Source: a bacterium
Lineage (GTDB): Bacteria > SM23-31
Reading direction: 5' to 3'
Length of the DNA stretch: 64,000 nt
NCBI GenBank assembly: GCA_965249485.1
Contig: OZ252239.1
Coordinates: forward strand, 1,984,001 to 2,048,000
In this document: piece after piece, positions 40,188-51,339 of the stretch
How the letters are laid out: every line of letters starts with the position of its first letter
Position numbering within the stretch: position 1 is the stretch's first letter
Translations under genes and position numbers: made by a program
The notes under the pieces: model-generated
The model's input: the letters and a program-made list of their open reading frames with translations, nothing else
The model's database searches: none
Told to the model about the DNA's origin: nothing

Positions 40188-42687
40188 TCTTAAAACGGTT
40201 CGGCTCCTCACTCGAGTTATGTTGAGACTAGGGCTCTGCATTTTAATTATTGCATTCAGTAATATAAATGTGAGTGCTCAAACCCAGCAGAATGCTCCCG
40301 CTTATGGTTATTCTCCGCCTGCAGAACCTGTATTTTCTCCACACAATTCTCTTGTGAAAACTCGTGAGTTTTTGGACTATATCACGCTTAGAGTTTTAAC
40401 GAATTTTAATTATTACGAAGTGAATGAACAAGAGGGAACCTGGAAAACAGAAGGATTACAAGGCATTTTAGAATCCCGTTATTTTCTGAAGGATATCAGT
40501 ACTGGTGTTACCCGGACAATAGAAATTTCGATTATAGCACATCCGTTGGACGGGTATGAGTTCTATTTTTTCGGAAACGAGATACATGGGGAATCGAATT
40601 ATATCAATCCTGAGTTGGTGAATGTCAAGGAGAACATCAGTACTATCGCCCAAACTATCCAGTCGCAGCAGCAGGAGAGCGGTATCACACAAACGGGTTA
40701 TGAGTTTTATACTTTGAGTTATATTCAGAGCGACAGGGCACTTGCACTGCTTAAATCAATAGGATATACCATTACTGAATTCACTCAGCGAAATGCAGAA
40801 TCCGTATATGAACGGATATTCGATCCACAACGGTCCGGTGAGTGGAAGTTGCCGGTAATAGTGAAAGTCATCGATGCCCCGAAAACAAGTCTGATGGAGT
40901 CTTCTCCCATTGTGACGAGGCAAGAGGGTTATACGGTCGTTCCGGATATTGGCGGAACGTTTCTCCACCATACAACTTCTGGCGAACCGCTGCAGCGGCT
41001 TCTTATTGTCTACGATGAAGATGATCCGGAGCCAATGGAAGAGTTGCTTAATCTCCTCAGAGAGAAGATTGACAAACCAGCACGCCAAATTGTTATTGAA
41101 GCGCGTGTGATTGTAATTAACACAGAGCGTCTTAGAGATCTTGGTCTTTCATTTCGGTATATAGATGGTGATTATGATGTCTCATTTCTTGAAGGTAGTG
41201 AATCTGGGTCCAGTCTGCCGTTCACAACAGTGCTCAATGAAGACCTTTATTCTAAAAGGATTCAATTTTTTCGAGGCAAAATTGAAAGCACTCGTTAACA
41301 CCGGAAATGCGGAAATTTTGTCAAGTCCGTCGGTGCTGGCTTTGGACGGGAGACAAGCGCGCATTCAGATCGGTCAGCAGGTCCCGATTTCAAAATCAAA
41401 CATAACCGCCTCGGGAACATTTCAATCAATAGAATATTTTCCCGTTGGAATTGTGCTCAATCTCCGTCCCCGGATATCCGAAGATGGTGCAGAGATTACA
41501 ATGCAGGTCGAAACCATTGTGAGCGCTGTGAGTCAGTCGAGCGAAACCCAGACGGGAGGACAATCGTCAGAAGTTTTATTAGCTCCTATAATAGATAACA
41601 GACAGGTACAGACGTTTGTCAGAATAGCTGACAATACACCGTTCATTATTGGCGGATTAATTTCCAATGATGTTCAGGAACGGAAGATAGGAATTCCATA
41701 CCTTGCCGATATACCGGTTCTCGGTAGATTGTTCAGCAGAACTTCTGATGATATTATCAGGAATGAAGTCATTATAGTTCTCACTCCACATGTTGTTCCG
41801 CAGGATGCGAAAAGTTTCAGCTATGTTATTCCAAAAGATTCTGAAATGTTTGATTCGTTCGATAAACGTCTCTTTCGAAACGCATACCTCTTAGGGATGA
41901 CGATATTTTTGATCTAAAATTTATTTATGAGAGCGATACATATAAAAATCTCCTTGCAGAAATCAGTGAGTCCGGAGAAGAAATTACCTCTCCTGAACTA
42001 TCCTTAGAAGCTGAAAGCATTATGAATGGCAGAGTTCCTGGTGAGGATATCATTGTTCGGCGCATGCTTTGGGAAGTAGCAATTAAAACAGGTTTTTATC
42101 AGTATATTGCACCTGATCATATACTTGCATTTGAAAACAAACCGAATGCCGCTGACAGCAGCGGTTACTAATTTGTTATTCTGGACCAATTGCTGAGTAA
42201 CCGAGACGCACAAAATGACAATTCACTTTTCCTGACAATTGATAAGAGCTTTCGGGGAACACCTGAACATCCTTTAGCGCTTCCGAAAGCAGATGTTTCT
42301 TATGAAACAATTGAGAGCGGCAACTATTTGGAAAAGCTCATACAGGAGAATAACAGTTTTCCCGAGGATGCATCTTCGGGCACGTGGACAACAATTGTGT
42401 CGACAATCAATCCCCCCGGTGTCCGCGGCAGGACGGCTCTCGAGGTGTTGCAGGGAGTCATGGTGCTAAAAAGGATACTTGCCCTCAACAGTACCCTTCC
42501 AATGACAGTCGATGAGTTTCGCGTCGGCCGTCAAATTATATTGCCAACAGAAACCGACCTCAGACAGCGTTTTCAAATTATTGACCGTGATATTGCCGAG
42601 TATTTTTATGAGGTCATCCAGTACTATCCGGAATTCGAGAAAGTATTTCGAATCCGCACCCGGGAACTTCTCGATGAAATGAGATAA
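40180..42687 (+). pseudogene. Secretin (GspD/PilQ family) with long C-terminal extension; disrupted by two frameshifts and one stop
   Basis: QIVIEARVI, ILSSPSVLALDG, GIVLNLRPRI, FIIGGLI, GIPYLADIPVLGRLF, IVLTPHVV; +1 at tctaaaagga (~41254), -1 near 41888, in-frame TAA 42169-71. Confidence 0.85.
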
Positions 42688-42957
42688 ATTCGAAAAAGTT
42701 GGTGTTTTTGCTGTATGATTCTCAAGCAATGATTAAGAAATAAGAGCCATAAATAAATTCGTGATGGTTATTGATTTATGCTTGGGTTACCGAAGATACC
42801 GGTGTATAAATATTTGCAAATAGGATAATGGATTCTCAATGATTGAGGTTCTTTCCGAATACCGCAAATCTGTTGCAATTTAATCAAAATTATAATATGT
42901 TTTACAATCGTCTCTTGTGCTTTTGGATGAAACGAACAATTTTTCCGGAGGAAGATA

Positions 42958-43227
42958 ATGCTCTATTATGTCAAATACCTGCTTAAAAGTGGGAAACTGA
43001 ATGCCCTCGCAGAAGAAGTGCAATCGGGTGGTTTCCCTTATAAAGCAAAACACGTTTTTGCCTCCCGTGACAATCCATATGAGGGCATTACAATTTGGGA
43101 TGTAGATGATAATCACTCAATTGAAGATATCGTTTCGAAGCTTAAAGAATATGCAGAAGTCCGGGATATCATCCCCGTTGTCTCCGCGGTAGAAGCACAG
43201 CAACAAATTTTTCAGAAACTTGTCTGA
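42958..43227 (+). CDS. Small hypothetical protein (DUF3303/dimeric alpha-beta barrel-like)
   Basis: 89 aa, RBS ggagga; MLYYVK...GITIWDVDD...IIPVVS pattern. Confidence 0.55.
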   Translation: MLYYVKYLLKSGKLNALAEEVQSGGFPYKAKHVFASRDNPYEGITIWDVDDNHSIEDIVSKLKEYAEVRDIIPVVSAVEAQQQIFQKLV

Positions 43228-43410
43228 TTAAATATTTGTACTAATAATAGGCGTCAATATAGAAGTTCGTTTAATTCATGGTGACGGCCCGGGTTGGTAA
43301 ATTCCAAAATATCCCTGATTGAATTTTCCATTTTTTGAATACTCTTTAAAGCATTGAATAGAAAACAATGAACGCATTGTATAACGTGCTGTAAGACTAC
43401 TGGAAAGAAC

Positions 43411-44505
43411 TTGATTATGCTCCATTGGTTCTGTCATAGACTTGCCAGGCTTTGTATATACTGTATCTGGTCTATTATGTGTCTTGGAATTGTTGTCCCT
43501 AATGTAACGTTCGGACAGAACAATTCGGACAACATACGTGCTCGTGACCTTCAAGTCAGCAACAAACCGCAGGATCATCCTGGTCGAAATTTTCAACGGG
43601 ATATTTATGAAAAAGCTATAGTTGATTCGCTTCTATTCAGGGCAAGCGCTGATGTAATGGATATTAAGAAGATATCCTACAGCAGCAGTGCTGATAATAT
43701 GGAGATTCCAGCATACATCTTTCAGCCATTTAACCTCAAGAGCGTTAAAAGTCATCCGGTTCTTGTTTGGGTTCATGGCGGTGTTCACGGAAATGTAAGT
43801 CCCGTCTATTTTCCTTTCATCAGAGAAGCAGTAGAGAAGGGCTATATCGTAATTGCTCCCGAGTATCGGGGGAGCAAAGGTTACGGTAAAGATCATTATA
43901 ATGCTATCGATTACGGAGGGTATGAAGTAGAGGATTGTATTTCAGCAGTTGACTACTTGTCTGAAAATAATCCTTATGTCGATACAGAGCGGATAGCAAT
44001 GATCGGCTGGAGTCACGGTGGATTTATTACGCTCCATTCAGTGTTCAGGGAATCACACCCTTTTCAATGTGGCGTTGCAATTGTCCCGGTTGCTAATTTG
44101 ATTTTCAGATTGTCATACAAAGGACCACAGTATCAACGATATTTCGCAACACAGGAAAGAATTCAGGGACTTCCATTCGAAAAGCCTAATATCTATATTG
44201 AACGTTCTCCGGTTTATCAAGTCGATAAACTCAATGTACCTTTATTGGTGCATGTGGCGACCAACGACGAAGATGTCGATTTCGTCGAAACGGAAATGCT
44301 GATTCATGCACTTATTGTGAAACAGCCTGATCTGGCGGAAACAAAAGTATATGTCGATCCTCCCGGAGGGCACAGTTTTAGCATGCAGGTTGATTCGAAT
44401 ACTCTGCAGCGGATGGACACGGATGAACAGATAGATTCATGGAACAGGACGTGGGCATTCCTCAAAAGAAATCTCACCAAAAACACTGCGAATCAGAATG
44501 AGTAA
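43411..44505 (+). CDS. S9 family (prolyl oligopeptidase-like) alpha/beta hydrolase
   Basis: VWVHGG, EYRGSKGYG, nucleophile GWSHG, DEDV, GGHSF; exact start uncertain. Confidence 0.9.
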   Translation: MIMLHWFCHRLARLCIYCIWSIMCLGIVVPNVTFGQNNSDNIRARDLQVSNKPQDHPGRNFQRDIYEKAIVDSLLFRASADVMDIKKISYSSSADNMEIPAYIFQPFNLKSVKSHPVLVWVHGGVHGNVSPVYFPFIREAVEKGYIVIAPEYRGSKGYGKDHYNAIDYGGYEVEDCISAVDYLSENNPYVDTERIAMIGWSHGGFITLHSVFRESHPFQCGVAIVPVANLIFRLSYKGPQYQRYFATQERIQGLPFEKPNIYIERSPVYQVDKLNVPLLVHVATNDEDVDFVETEMLIHALIVKQPDLAETKVYVDPPGGHSFSMQVDSNTLQRMDTDEQIDSWNRTWAFLKRNLTKNTANQNE

Positions 44506-44701
44506 CTGATTGCACTTTTTGCATTGTGCAATTGATTCCAAACTTCAAAACGACTCTCCACAGTATATGTATACATGAATAATGGTTGAAAACTTTCGAA
44601 ATTGTGCTTGAATTTGAATTTTTATAAGATCAAATTGTACTGATTATTTTATAAGCCCATTCGTCCTCATGATAATTCCTGCTCCGGAAAGGTTTGAATA
44701 C

Positions 44702-47050
44702 ATGAAAAAACAGTATTTGAAACTGACATTCATATTCCTGCTGGCCTTGTTCACGGTTATTGTAAATACGAATAGTCTATTTGCTGATGGATTTATAATC
44801 GGCAAAGTCATTGATTTTATCACTCGCGAGCCTCTTATTGGGGCAAATGTTTACATTCCCACACTGAATATTGGAACGTCGACCGACGAATCAGGAACGT
44901 TCAGATTTCGAATCCCATCAAATAATTCTGTAGTTCTTGAAGTTTCTTATATCGGCTATGAAAAAAAAGAAGTAGAAGTTGAAATTGCTGAATCTCAGGA
45001 AAGTTCGCTTACTATTTATTTGAATCCGGGCGCATTAAAATTGGACGATGTCGTAGTCTATGGCAGCAAAATTACCGAAACGGTATTTAATTCAAGTAAT
45101 TTTACCACTGTTGCAACGCAAGAAGAGATTGAAACGTCTAATTATACAACGACGGCAGATGTTTTGAAGAATGAACCGGGTATTCTCATTCAAAAAACGA
45201 CACATGCTCATGGAGCACCGGTTATCAGGGGACTTATTGGCAAATATGTACTGCTGCTTTATAATGGCATCAGATTGAATAAACCGACGTTCAGGTTTGG
45301 AGCGAATCAATATTTAAATACCGTCAATACAGAATCGCTCCAAAGTATCGAGGTTACCCGCGGTCCGACATCAGTCTTGTATGGAAGTGATGCAATTGGT
45401 GGAACAATTAACCTTGTGACAAAACATTTTGAGCCGAATGGAGAGGAATTCAGGTTTATTCCAGAATTTAGATTTGGCTATAACTCTGCAGATAACGGCA
45501 AAAATACATCTGTTCATGTAATGGGGAGCAAAAATAACCTTTCATTCTCCGGTAGCCTCTTATATAAAGAAATCGGAAATCTTGATCCGGGTGGCGATGC
45601 TGCCAAACAAATACCAACAGGTTGGGATGAAATTGATGGAAGCCTCAATCTCTTTTTTGAGCCGAATGAAGTGCATATTTTCAATTTCGACTATTTAAAT
45701 GTAAATCAGAAAGATGTTCCTCGGTATGATAAATATGCACCCCAGCCCGAATTCCCGAACGGTGAATTTGAACAATGGATCTATAATCCACAAAAGCGCA
45801 GTTTGTATGGTCTGACGTATACGTTTTCTCCGGCGCTGTCGTGGCTCCACCAGATGAAGTGGAATGTCTCCTATCAGGACGAAGATGAGGGACGCACGCA
45901 ACAAAAGACAGGCTCAATACAACGCCGATTAGATAAGGATGCTATTGAAACGTTTGGGTCGTTTTTGAATTTTTCATCCATTATTCGTAATAAACATTGG
46001 CTGAATTGGGGGGCAGAGTTTTACTATGACCGTGTAAAGAGCTCTCGTGAAATTACGGAAAGTGGTGTACAGACAATAACGAGAGGCGCTTTTCCAAATA
46101 ATTCTAAATACAGATCGTTCGGGGCATTTATTCAGGATAACCTTTTACTCACTGAAAAATTCGAATTGGAGGCTGGTCTTCGATATAGTAGATATTCGTA
46201 TGAATCGCCGCTGGAAACACCATTTGGACTTTTCGAAGATGCATTTGATAATATGACAGGTTTTACCAGTATAAAATATAAGCCGGTCCCAAAGATAAAC
46301 TTTGTTGGAACAGTTGCTCGCGGTTTCAGGGCACCAAATTTTAATGATACGGTTGTATTGCAATTTTCCAATTCAGGAGTTGATGCTCCAAGCCCGGACC
46401 TGAATCCTGAGATCAGCAGGACGATCGAACTCGGTGTGAAAGTGCAGGATACGAAATATTCTGCTGCCTGGTTTGTATATTATAACAGGCTGACCGATTT
46501 AATAGACCGTCGGTTTGGCACATATGCAGGCCTCCCATTTTTTGATGAAAACAACAACGAAATTCAGGATGCAAATGAGGGACCAATATTTCAAAAGTTT
46601 AATGTTGGTTCGGGAGATATTTTCGGAACAGAATTCTCTCTGCAGTATTCGATGCAATCTTTTGAGTGGTCCGGACAATTTTATTATACCTATGGAAAGA
46701 ACACGAACGATAACGAACCGTTAAGCAGAATACCGCCGTTCACCGGTCAGCTTGCTCTGAGGTGGTTAGCAACCGAACCATGGTCATTTGAGGCAAGAAC
46801 ATATTTTGCCGCAAAGCAGGACCGGTTGTCTCTGCGTGACATTCTTGATTCCCGTATACCTGACGGGGGCACTCCTGGTTATGGTACGCTCAATCTGAAA
46901 AGTATTTATTCTATTCGTGGCGGAAGGCTTATATTCTCGTTTGATAATATTTTTGACAAGCTGTACCGTACGCACGGATCAGGTATTTATTCTCCGGGAA
47001 GACACATATCCGTTTCTGTTCAGCTCACGCCGTTCAGGGAAAGTAATTGA
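44702..47050 (+). CDS. TonB-dependent receptor with N-terminal CarboxypepD_reg-like domain
   Basis: EPLIGANV, VSYIGY, plug IEVTRGPTSVLYGSDAIGGTIN, GFRAPN, NIFDKLY. Confidence 0.92.
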   Translation: MKKQYLKLTFIFLLALFTVIVNTNSLFADGFIIGKVIDFITREPLIGANVYIPTLNIGTSTDESGTFRFRIPSNNSVVLEVSYIGYEKKEVEVEIAESQESSLTIYLNPGALKLDDVVVYGSKITETVFNSSNFTTVATQEEIETSNYTTTADVLKNEPGILIQKTTHAHGAPVIRGLIGKYVLLLYNGIRLNKPTFRFGANQYLNTVNTESLQSIEVTRGPTSVLYGSDAIGGTINLVTKHFEPNGEEFRFIPEFRFGYNSADNGKNTSVHVMGSKNNLSFSGSLLYKEIGNLDPGGDAAKQIPTGWDEIDGSLNLFFEPNEVHIFNFDYLNVNQKDVPRYDKYAPQPEFPNGEFEQWIYNPQKRSLYGLTYTFSPALSWLHQMKWNVSYQDEDEGRTQQKTGSIQRRLDKDAIETFGSFLNFSSIIRNKHWLNWGAEFYYDRVKSSREITESGVQTITRGAFPNNSKYRSFGAFIQDNLLLTEKFELEAGLRYSRYSYESPLETPFGLFEDAFDNMTGFTSIKYKPVPKINFVGTVARGFRAPNFNDTVVLQFSNSGVDAPSPDLNPEISRTIELGVKVQDTKYSAAWFVYYNRLTDLIDRRFGTYAGLPFFDENNNEIQDANEGPIFQKFNVGSGDIFGTEFSLQYSMQSFEWSGQFYYTYGKNTNDNEPLSRIPPFTGQLALRWLATEPWSFEARTYFAAKQDRLSLRDILDSRIPDGGTPGYGTLNLKSIYSIRGGRLIFSFDNIFDKLYRTHGSGIYSPGRHISVSVQLTPFRESN

Positions 47051-47082
47051 TAGGTGCCGCGGAACTTCTGATATAGGTTCTA

Positions 47083-49350
47083 ATGGAAAATATTATGATT
47101 TTCAGGAGCAGATTTTCATCCAGTTTAGTAAACCTTTGTATTATTTGGTGCGTATTTTCATGTGTGTCCATGCTTCAAGCTCAGGAAGATATTGATGAGT
47201 TTGTCCGAAAAATTCAGGATCAGGACGTCAGGCTCTATGAGCAGATCCACTCTCTCAAATTTAAAGCCCGTGTAAAAACCTACATTTATGTTGGTTACAA
47301 TCCGCTCTCACTAAGAATTGTTCCTTTTTTGGAAGAATATTATGCTGATGGCGTATGGACAAAACCCGATTCACTCCGTTTAACCATCTCTGCATTGCGC
47401 GTTGTGGTTCCCGACGACGCTACTAATCCGCTCGATTCAATTGGAACAGATCTTCCTCTTCCAAATCCGATGCAATTTTCGAATGCACCTTCTCTTTTTG
47501 GATTTGAAAATGAGAATGATAACCATGGTCACAATAAAAACGATAAAAATGGTAATGATGATGAGGGGAAAAAAGATGAGGATGATCTGGATTATGTGTG
47601 GCCAATATTTCCGTTCGAATCCGGCGCCGATTCGCTCTACGATTATGAGATTCTGGGGGAGATAAATACCGAATATTCCGATCTCTACGAAATCAGTGTT
47701 ACACCAAAGCGTAATGAATTTCCGGGCGTCGTTGGTGTGTTTCAAGTAGACAAAAATAATTTTAATGTCACTAATTTTTCGTGTGTTTTTAATGAATTTG
47801 CGGGTTTGGTGAATAAGAGACCCAAGAAACAACGACGTCGCTGGAATAGCATCAGCATCTCCATACCATTCTCTCAGAATCATACTATTCAGGCGCAAAA
47901 GGCGCTCTACCATAATAAATACTGGCTTCGTTATACCATTGATGAGGAATTTGACATTATGCTAATGGGATTCAAGGTCAGGGTTCACCGGACAATCACC
48001 TTTGATTCGTACGAAGTAGATGCTGACATAGAATCTTCATTTCATAACCTAAATCAACAGATAGTATATGCAAGGGACAAGAATCTCGAAAAAACGCTCT
48101 TTAATCAAACGGACACTCCAAATACATTGACAAAAAAGGAGGAAGAAGAGCTGATAAAAGCGATAGAGGATAAGTTTTCTTCCGAGGTGCTCACGAAAGA
48201 ATTGATGGACTCGGAAGCACTTGCGCAAGCGGTTGTGTTGAAAAATATCGAAGGGAGAGGTAGAGCGTTTGTCAACGCAGCAAATAAAATCGGTTCGGTC
48301 GGCCGGTACAACCGGGTGGAGGGTGTAGCGCTCGGTTATGGTACTACGTTTGCTCTTCCCCATAATAATAATACAATTCTTGCATTGAAAAGCAGCTACG
48401 GTTTTGAAGACCAGCGCTGGAAAGGGGAAGCATCCATCGTTCGTTATACCGGAACCGGGAAAAGAAGTTTCTGGGAAGGGAGTTTATATTCCAAACTCGG
48501 TTTTGATGAAAACCGGTTAGAAGTTCCTGAGGGACGCAACACACTCGCAAGTCTTGTTGCCAAGAGAGATTACCGGGATTATTACTACAAACGTGGCAGT
48601 TCTCTCGGATTCGGTTACCGTTTTAATGGTAATTCAGCACTCAAAATACAGGGAATCGTTCAGAAAGAAAAAAGTGCAGCAGTTAACACCAAGTTCAGCA
48701 TTTTCAATAATAACGACTCGTTCAGATTAAATCCCTCTGTGGTAGAAGGGTTGTTCACTGGCGTCCGGGCATCATATCTTTATAAAACATATGCAATTGA
48801 TGCTAGTTTGATGGCAGAATATGCTGACGACAAACTGCTCCCCGGTGATTTCTCTTATGGAAAATTACATACGAATCTTTCCTATACTGTACGGCCGACG
48901 CGGAACACTCGTATGAGATTTAATCTTACCGGAGGTGTTTCGGACGGCGAACTTCCACCACAAAAATGGTTTGATTTCGGTGGAAAACTTCCGTTTCAAT
49001 TTTACGGAAGATTGCGCGGAGTAGATTATAAGACTTTTACCGGAGACAAAGCTGCCTTTGGAACAATCGAATATTCTGTGAATGGTTCAGTATTATCCAA
49101 TATCGGTCTCGATCCTCTGCTTTTAGAGGCATTTAAAACAACGTTCTGGACCGGAGCCGGGAAAAGCACTCTTACGGATAAAAATAGAAGGAATATACAG
49201 GATATCAACGTGCTATCAGAAACCACGGATCGCATATATTATGAATATGGTATAGGTATCGGAGACCGATTGAATGTGTTCCGTGTCGATTTTGTCCACA
49301 ATTCGCTTCATGATGACGCTGTCAGAGTTGATTTCAATATTTTTCGATAG
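47083..49350 (+). CDS. DUF5686-like outer-membrane protein
   Basis: Signal peptide; RYNRVEG, YGFEDQRWK, DYRDYY, LRG and alternating beta-strand C-terminus. Confidence 0.7.
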   Translation: MENIMIFRSRFSSSLVNLCIIWCVFSCVSMLQAQEDIDEFVRKIQDQDVRLYEQIHSLKFKARVKTYIYVGYNPLSLRIVPFLEEYYADGVWTKPDSLRLTISALRVVVPDDATNPLDSIGTDLPLPNPMQFSNAPSLFGFENENDNHGHNKNDKNGNDDEGKKDEDDLDYVWPIFPFESGADSLYDYEILGEINTEYSDLYEISVTPKRNEFPGVVGVFQVDKNNFNVTNFSCVFNEFAGLVNKRPKKQRRRWNSISISIPFSQNHTIQAQKALYHNKYWLRYTIDEEFDIMLMGFKVRVHRTITFDSYEVDADIESSFHNLNQQIVYARDKNLEKTLFNQTDTPNTLTKKEEEELIKAIEDKFSSEVLTKELMDSEALAQAVVLKNIEGRGRAFVNAANKIGSVGRYNRVEGVALGYGTTFALPHNNNTILALKSSYGFEDQRWKGEASIVRYTGTGKRSFWEGSLYSKLGFDENRLEVPEGRNTLASLVAKRDYRDYYYKRGSSLGFGYRFNGNSALKIQGIVQKEKSAAVNTKFSIFNNNDSFRLNPSVVEGLFTGVRASYLYKTYAIDASLMAEYADDKLLPGDFSYGKLHTNLSYTVRPTRNTRMRFNLTGGVSDGELPPQKWFDFGGKLPFQFYGRLRGVDYKTFTGDKAAFGTIEYSVNGSVLSNIGLDPLLLEAFKTTFWTGAGKSTLTDKNRRNIQDINVLSETTDRIYYEYGIGIGDRLNVFRVDFVHNSLHDDAVRVDFNIFR

Positions 49351-49395
49351 CAACGTGTAGAGTCGGGCATTAGTTTCGTTCAGAACAGACATTTT

Positions 49396-50058
49396 TTATA
49401 TAGCCACCACATCGCAATAGTGAAATATTCCTCGTGTCACCTTTTCTCCGGTCTTTATAGGCACCGGTTGTTGAAAAACAGGTCCGTCAAATACAAACGT
49501 ATGAAATTCCCCATTTTCTCCACAGGGATCGACATTATCGGGAAGGTCACTGAGCAATTCGTTGTCAAACATTCTTCCGGCAAAAGAGTAGTCGAGAACC
49601 TCTCCGTTAACACAGGTTAGGATTGCTTTAAATCCTAGTTCTATAAACATTCGTGATAATTTTTGAGTTGACTGTTTCCAAAGTGGATAAATGCCTGAAA
49701 AGCCTGACCGTGCAAGAAGTTTTTCACGGTAATCCCTTAGATCTTCGAGAAAAATATCGCCATAAGCAGCAGTGTTGATGTCGTTGTTACGAAAAAGGGA
49801 AAAGGTTTCGCTCATTTTTTCTTCATATTCTTCGTTGGACGATTGCTGAGAAGTATAGATTTTATGGAGAGGCAGGTTGAGTGCCGTTGCCTGGAGATCG
49901 AGCAGTTCTGCACGGACACCATGCATTGTAATCCGGTCATAGCCTTCAGTAACATTGGTAATCAAAGTAGCTATATGATATTTTTTTTCGTTGAGAAGTT
50001 GAAAAAGGGTCAGCGAACTGTCTTTCCCGCCGCTCCAGGATAGAAGAATAGAACTCAT
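49396..50058 (-). CDS. DUF71/diphthine-ammonia ligase-like PP-loop ATPase, copy 2
   Basis: SWSGGKDS, MHGV, YGDIFLED, PLW, DPCGENGEFHTFV. Confidence 0.9.
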   Translation of the reverse strand: MSSILLSWSGGKDSSLTLFQLLNEKKYHIATLITNVTEGYDRITMHGVRAELLDLQATALNLPLHKIYTSQQSSNEEYEEKMSETFSLFRNNDINTAAYGDIFLEDLRDYREKLLARSGFSGIYPLWKQSTQKLSRMFIELGFKAILTCVNGEVLDYSFAGRMFDNELLSDLPDNVDPCGENGEFHTFVFDGPVFQQPVPIKTGEKVTRGIFHYCDVVAI

Positions 50059-50609
50059 GTTGTTTCCTGTGTTCGGTAGAACGTTTTAGCTGTTCGAATC
50101 AGTACCGGTAAAAGTGTTGCAAATAGAATACTGTTCGATGCAATGTGCCATATTTTCCACGGTATACCTGCCACAAAGAGCGCTGTAATATGCCGCAAAG
50201 AAAAGCCCGAGGCAGTACCCGTCAGAAGTGCTAGAATGATTGAAAACATGAGTGTCAGGAGTCCCCCGCAGAATCCGAATAAATACAACTGTTTTGCTGT
50301 AATAATAGAACTATTGAACACCCGACTTGCAATTCCTCCCGCCATACCGATGATTCCGTACGACACAACTTGTCCGATGAGCATCGGTGGAAAAGCAAGT
50401 CCTGAACCCCACGGATTAAATGCGGAATAGATAAATTCCGAAAATACACCGATAATCAATCCATTAGACACTCCGTACAAATATCCCCCGAAAAAGACAA
50501 ATAACGTTATCAACTCAATATTTGGAAGCGGTACAAAGAGAAAACCGATGACAACACATAAAGCTGAATAAAGCCCGATGCGCACAATGATTATAGAATC
50601 ATAATTCAT
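50055..50609 (-). CDS. ECF transporter S component (CbrT-like)
   Basis: LPNIEL, FNPWG, about 6 TM helices, HIASN; in riboswitch-led operon. Confidence 0.75.
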   Translation of the reverse strand: MNYDSIIIVRIGLYSALCVVIGFLFVPLPNIELITLFVFFGGYLYGVSNGLIIGVFSEFIYSAFNPWGSGLAFPPMLIGQVVSYGIIGMAGGIASRVFNSSIITAKQLYLFGFCGGLLTLMFSIILALLTGTASGFSLRHITALFVAGIPWKIWHIASNSILFATLLPVLIRTAKTFYRTQETT

Positions 50610-50637
50610 AATTGTATCTCTATAAAAGTTGTCCTGT

Positions 50638-51336
50638 TCAAATGAGGGAATAATCCAAAAACCTGTAACCTGACCGGAGTACAGTCTTTCCGGCCTGAAG
50701 GTGAAGAGGATTTCGGAGTATCGGTCCTTCTACCACGACGGTATGGTACTCACCCTCTTCACCAGACGGATCAATTCCGGTTTCAATAAATTCATCTATG
50801 AGTTGCTGATCCAGAACTCTACCGAGATGTTTGGCCGGCAGTTTCTCATCATTGACTGCAACAATGAGTGCCTTAAATCCAGCGGTAATGAATTCATGGA
50901 GCAGAGAAGAGCGCTGTCCCTGCCACAACGGCAATACCGGTATAATACTGGCTGCAGCACAGACTTTTTCTTCCCACGATTTGTGCCGCTCAATATCGAT
51001 ATCACCGAAAATACCGTGTGTAATGTCCGATTTTCTAATCTCACAGGCAGCATCAATAAACTTTTCTTCATAGGCAGACCACGAGCTTTGCCGGGTATGA
51101 AGAGGTATACCTAACGATGCTGCCTGTGCTTCGATGATTTCTCGGATAATACCGTGAGAACGAGTCCGTTCGCCGCCTTCGGTGAACATAGTGAGTAAAC
51201 GTTCAGGTTTTATACCGGACTGTATTGCCCGGTAGAGGGAGAGACAGGAATCTTTACCGCCGCTCCAGGAACAGAACGCCGATTTACCTTTCAGGGAAAT
51301 TGCTTTCCGGTCTGAATGTTTGAGCGCTTGCACCAT
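50638..51336 (-). CDS. DUF71/diphthine-ammonia ligase-like PP-loop ATPase, copy 1
   Basis: SWSGGKDS, RSHG, FGDID, PLW, DPSGEEGEYHTVV. Confidence 0.9.
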   Translation of the reverse strand: MVQALKHSDRKAISLKGKSAFCSWSGGKDSCLSLYRAIQSGIKPERLLTMFTEGGERTRSHGIIREIIEAQAASLGIPLHTRQSSWSAYEEKFIDAACEIRKSDITHGIFGDIDIERHKSWEEKVCAAASIIPVLPLWQGQRSSLLHEFITAGFKALIVAVNDEKLPAKHLGRVLDQQLIDEFIETGIDPSGEEGEYHTVVVEGPILRNPLHLQAGKTVLRSGYRFLDYSLI

Positions 51337-51339
51337 AAC

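Noticed and set aside
41240..41300. Programmed frameshift in the secretin gene
   Set aside because: The gene has two further lesions including a nonsense codon, and the best junction is a simple A-run insertion
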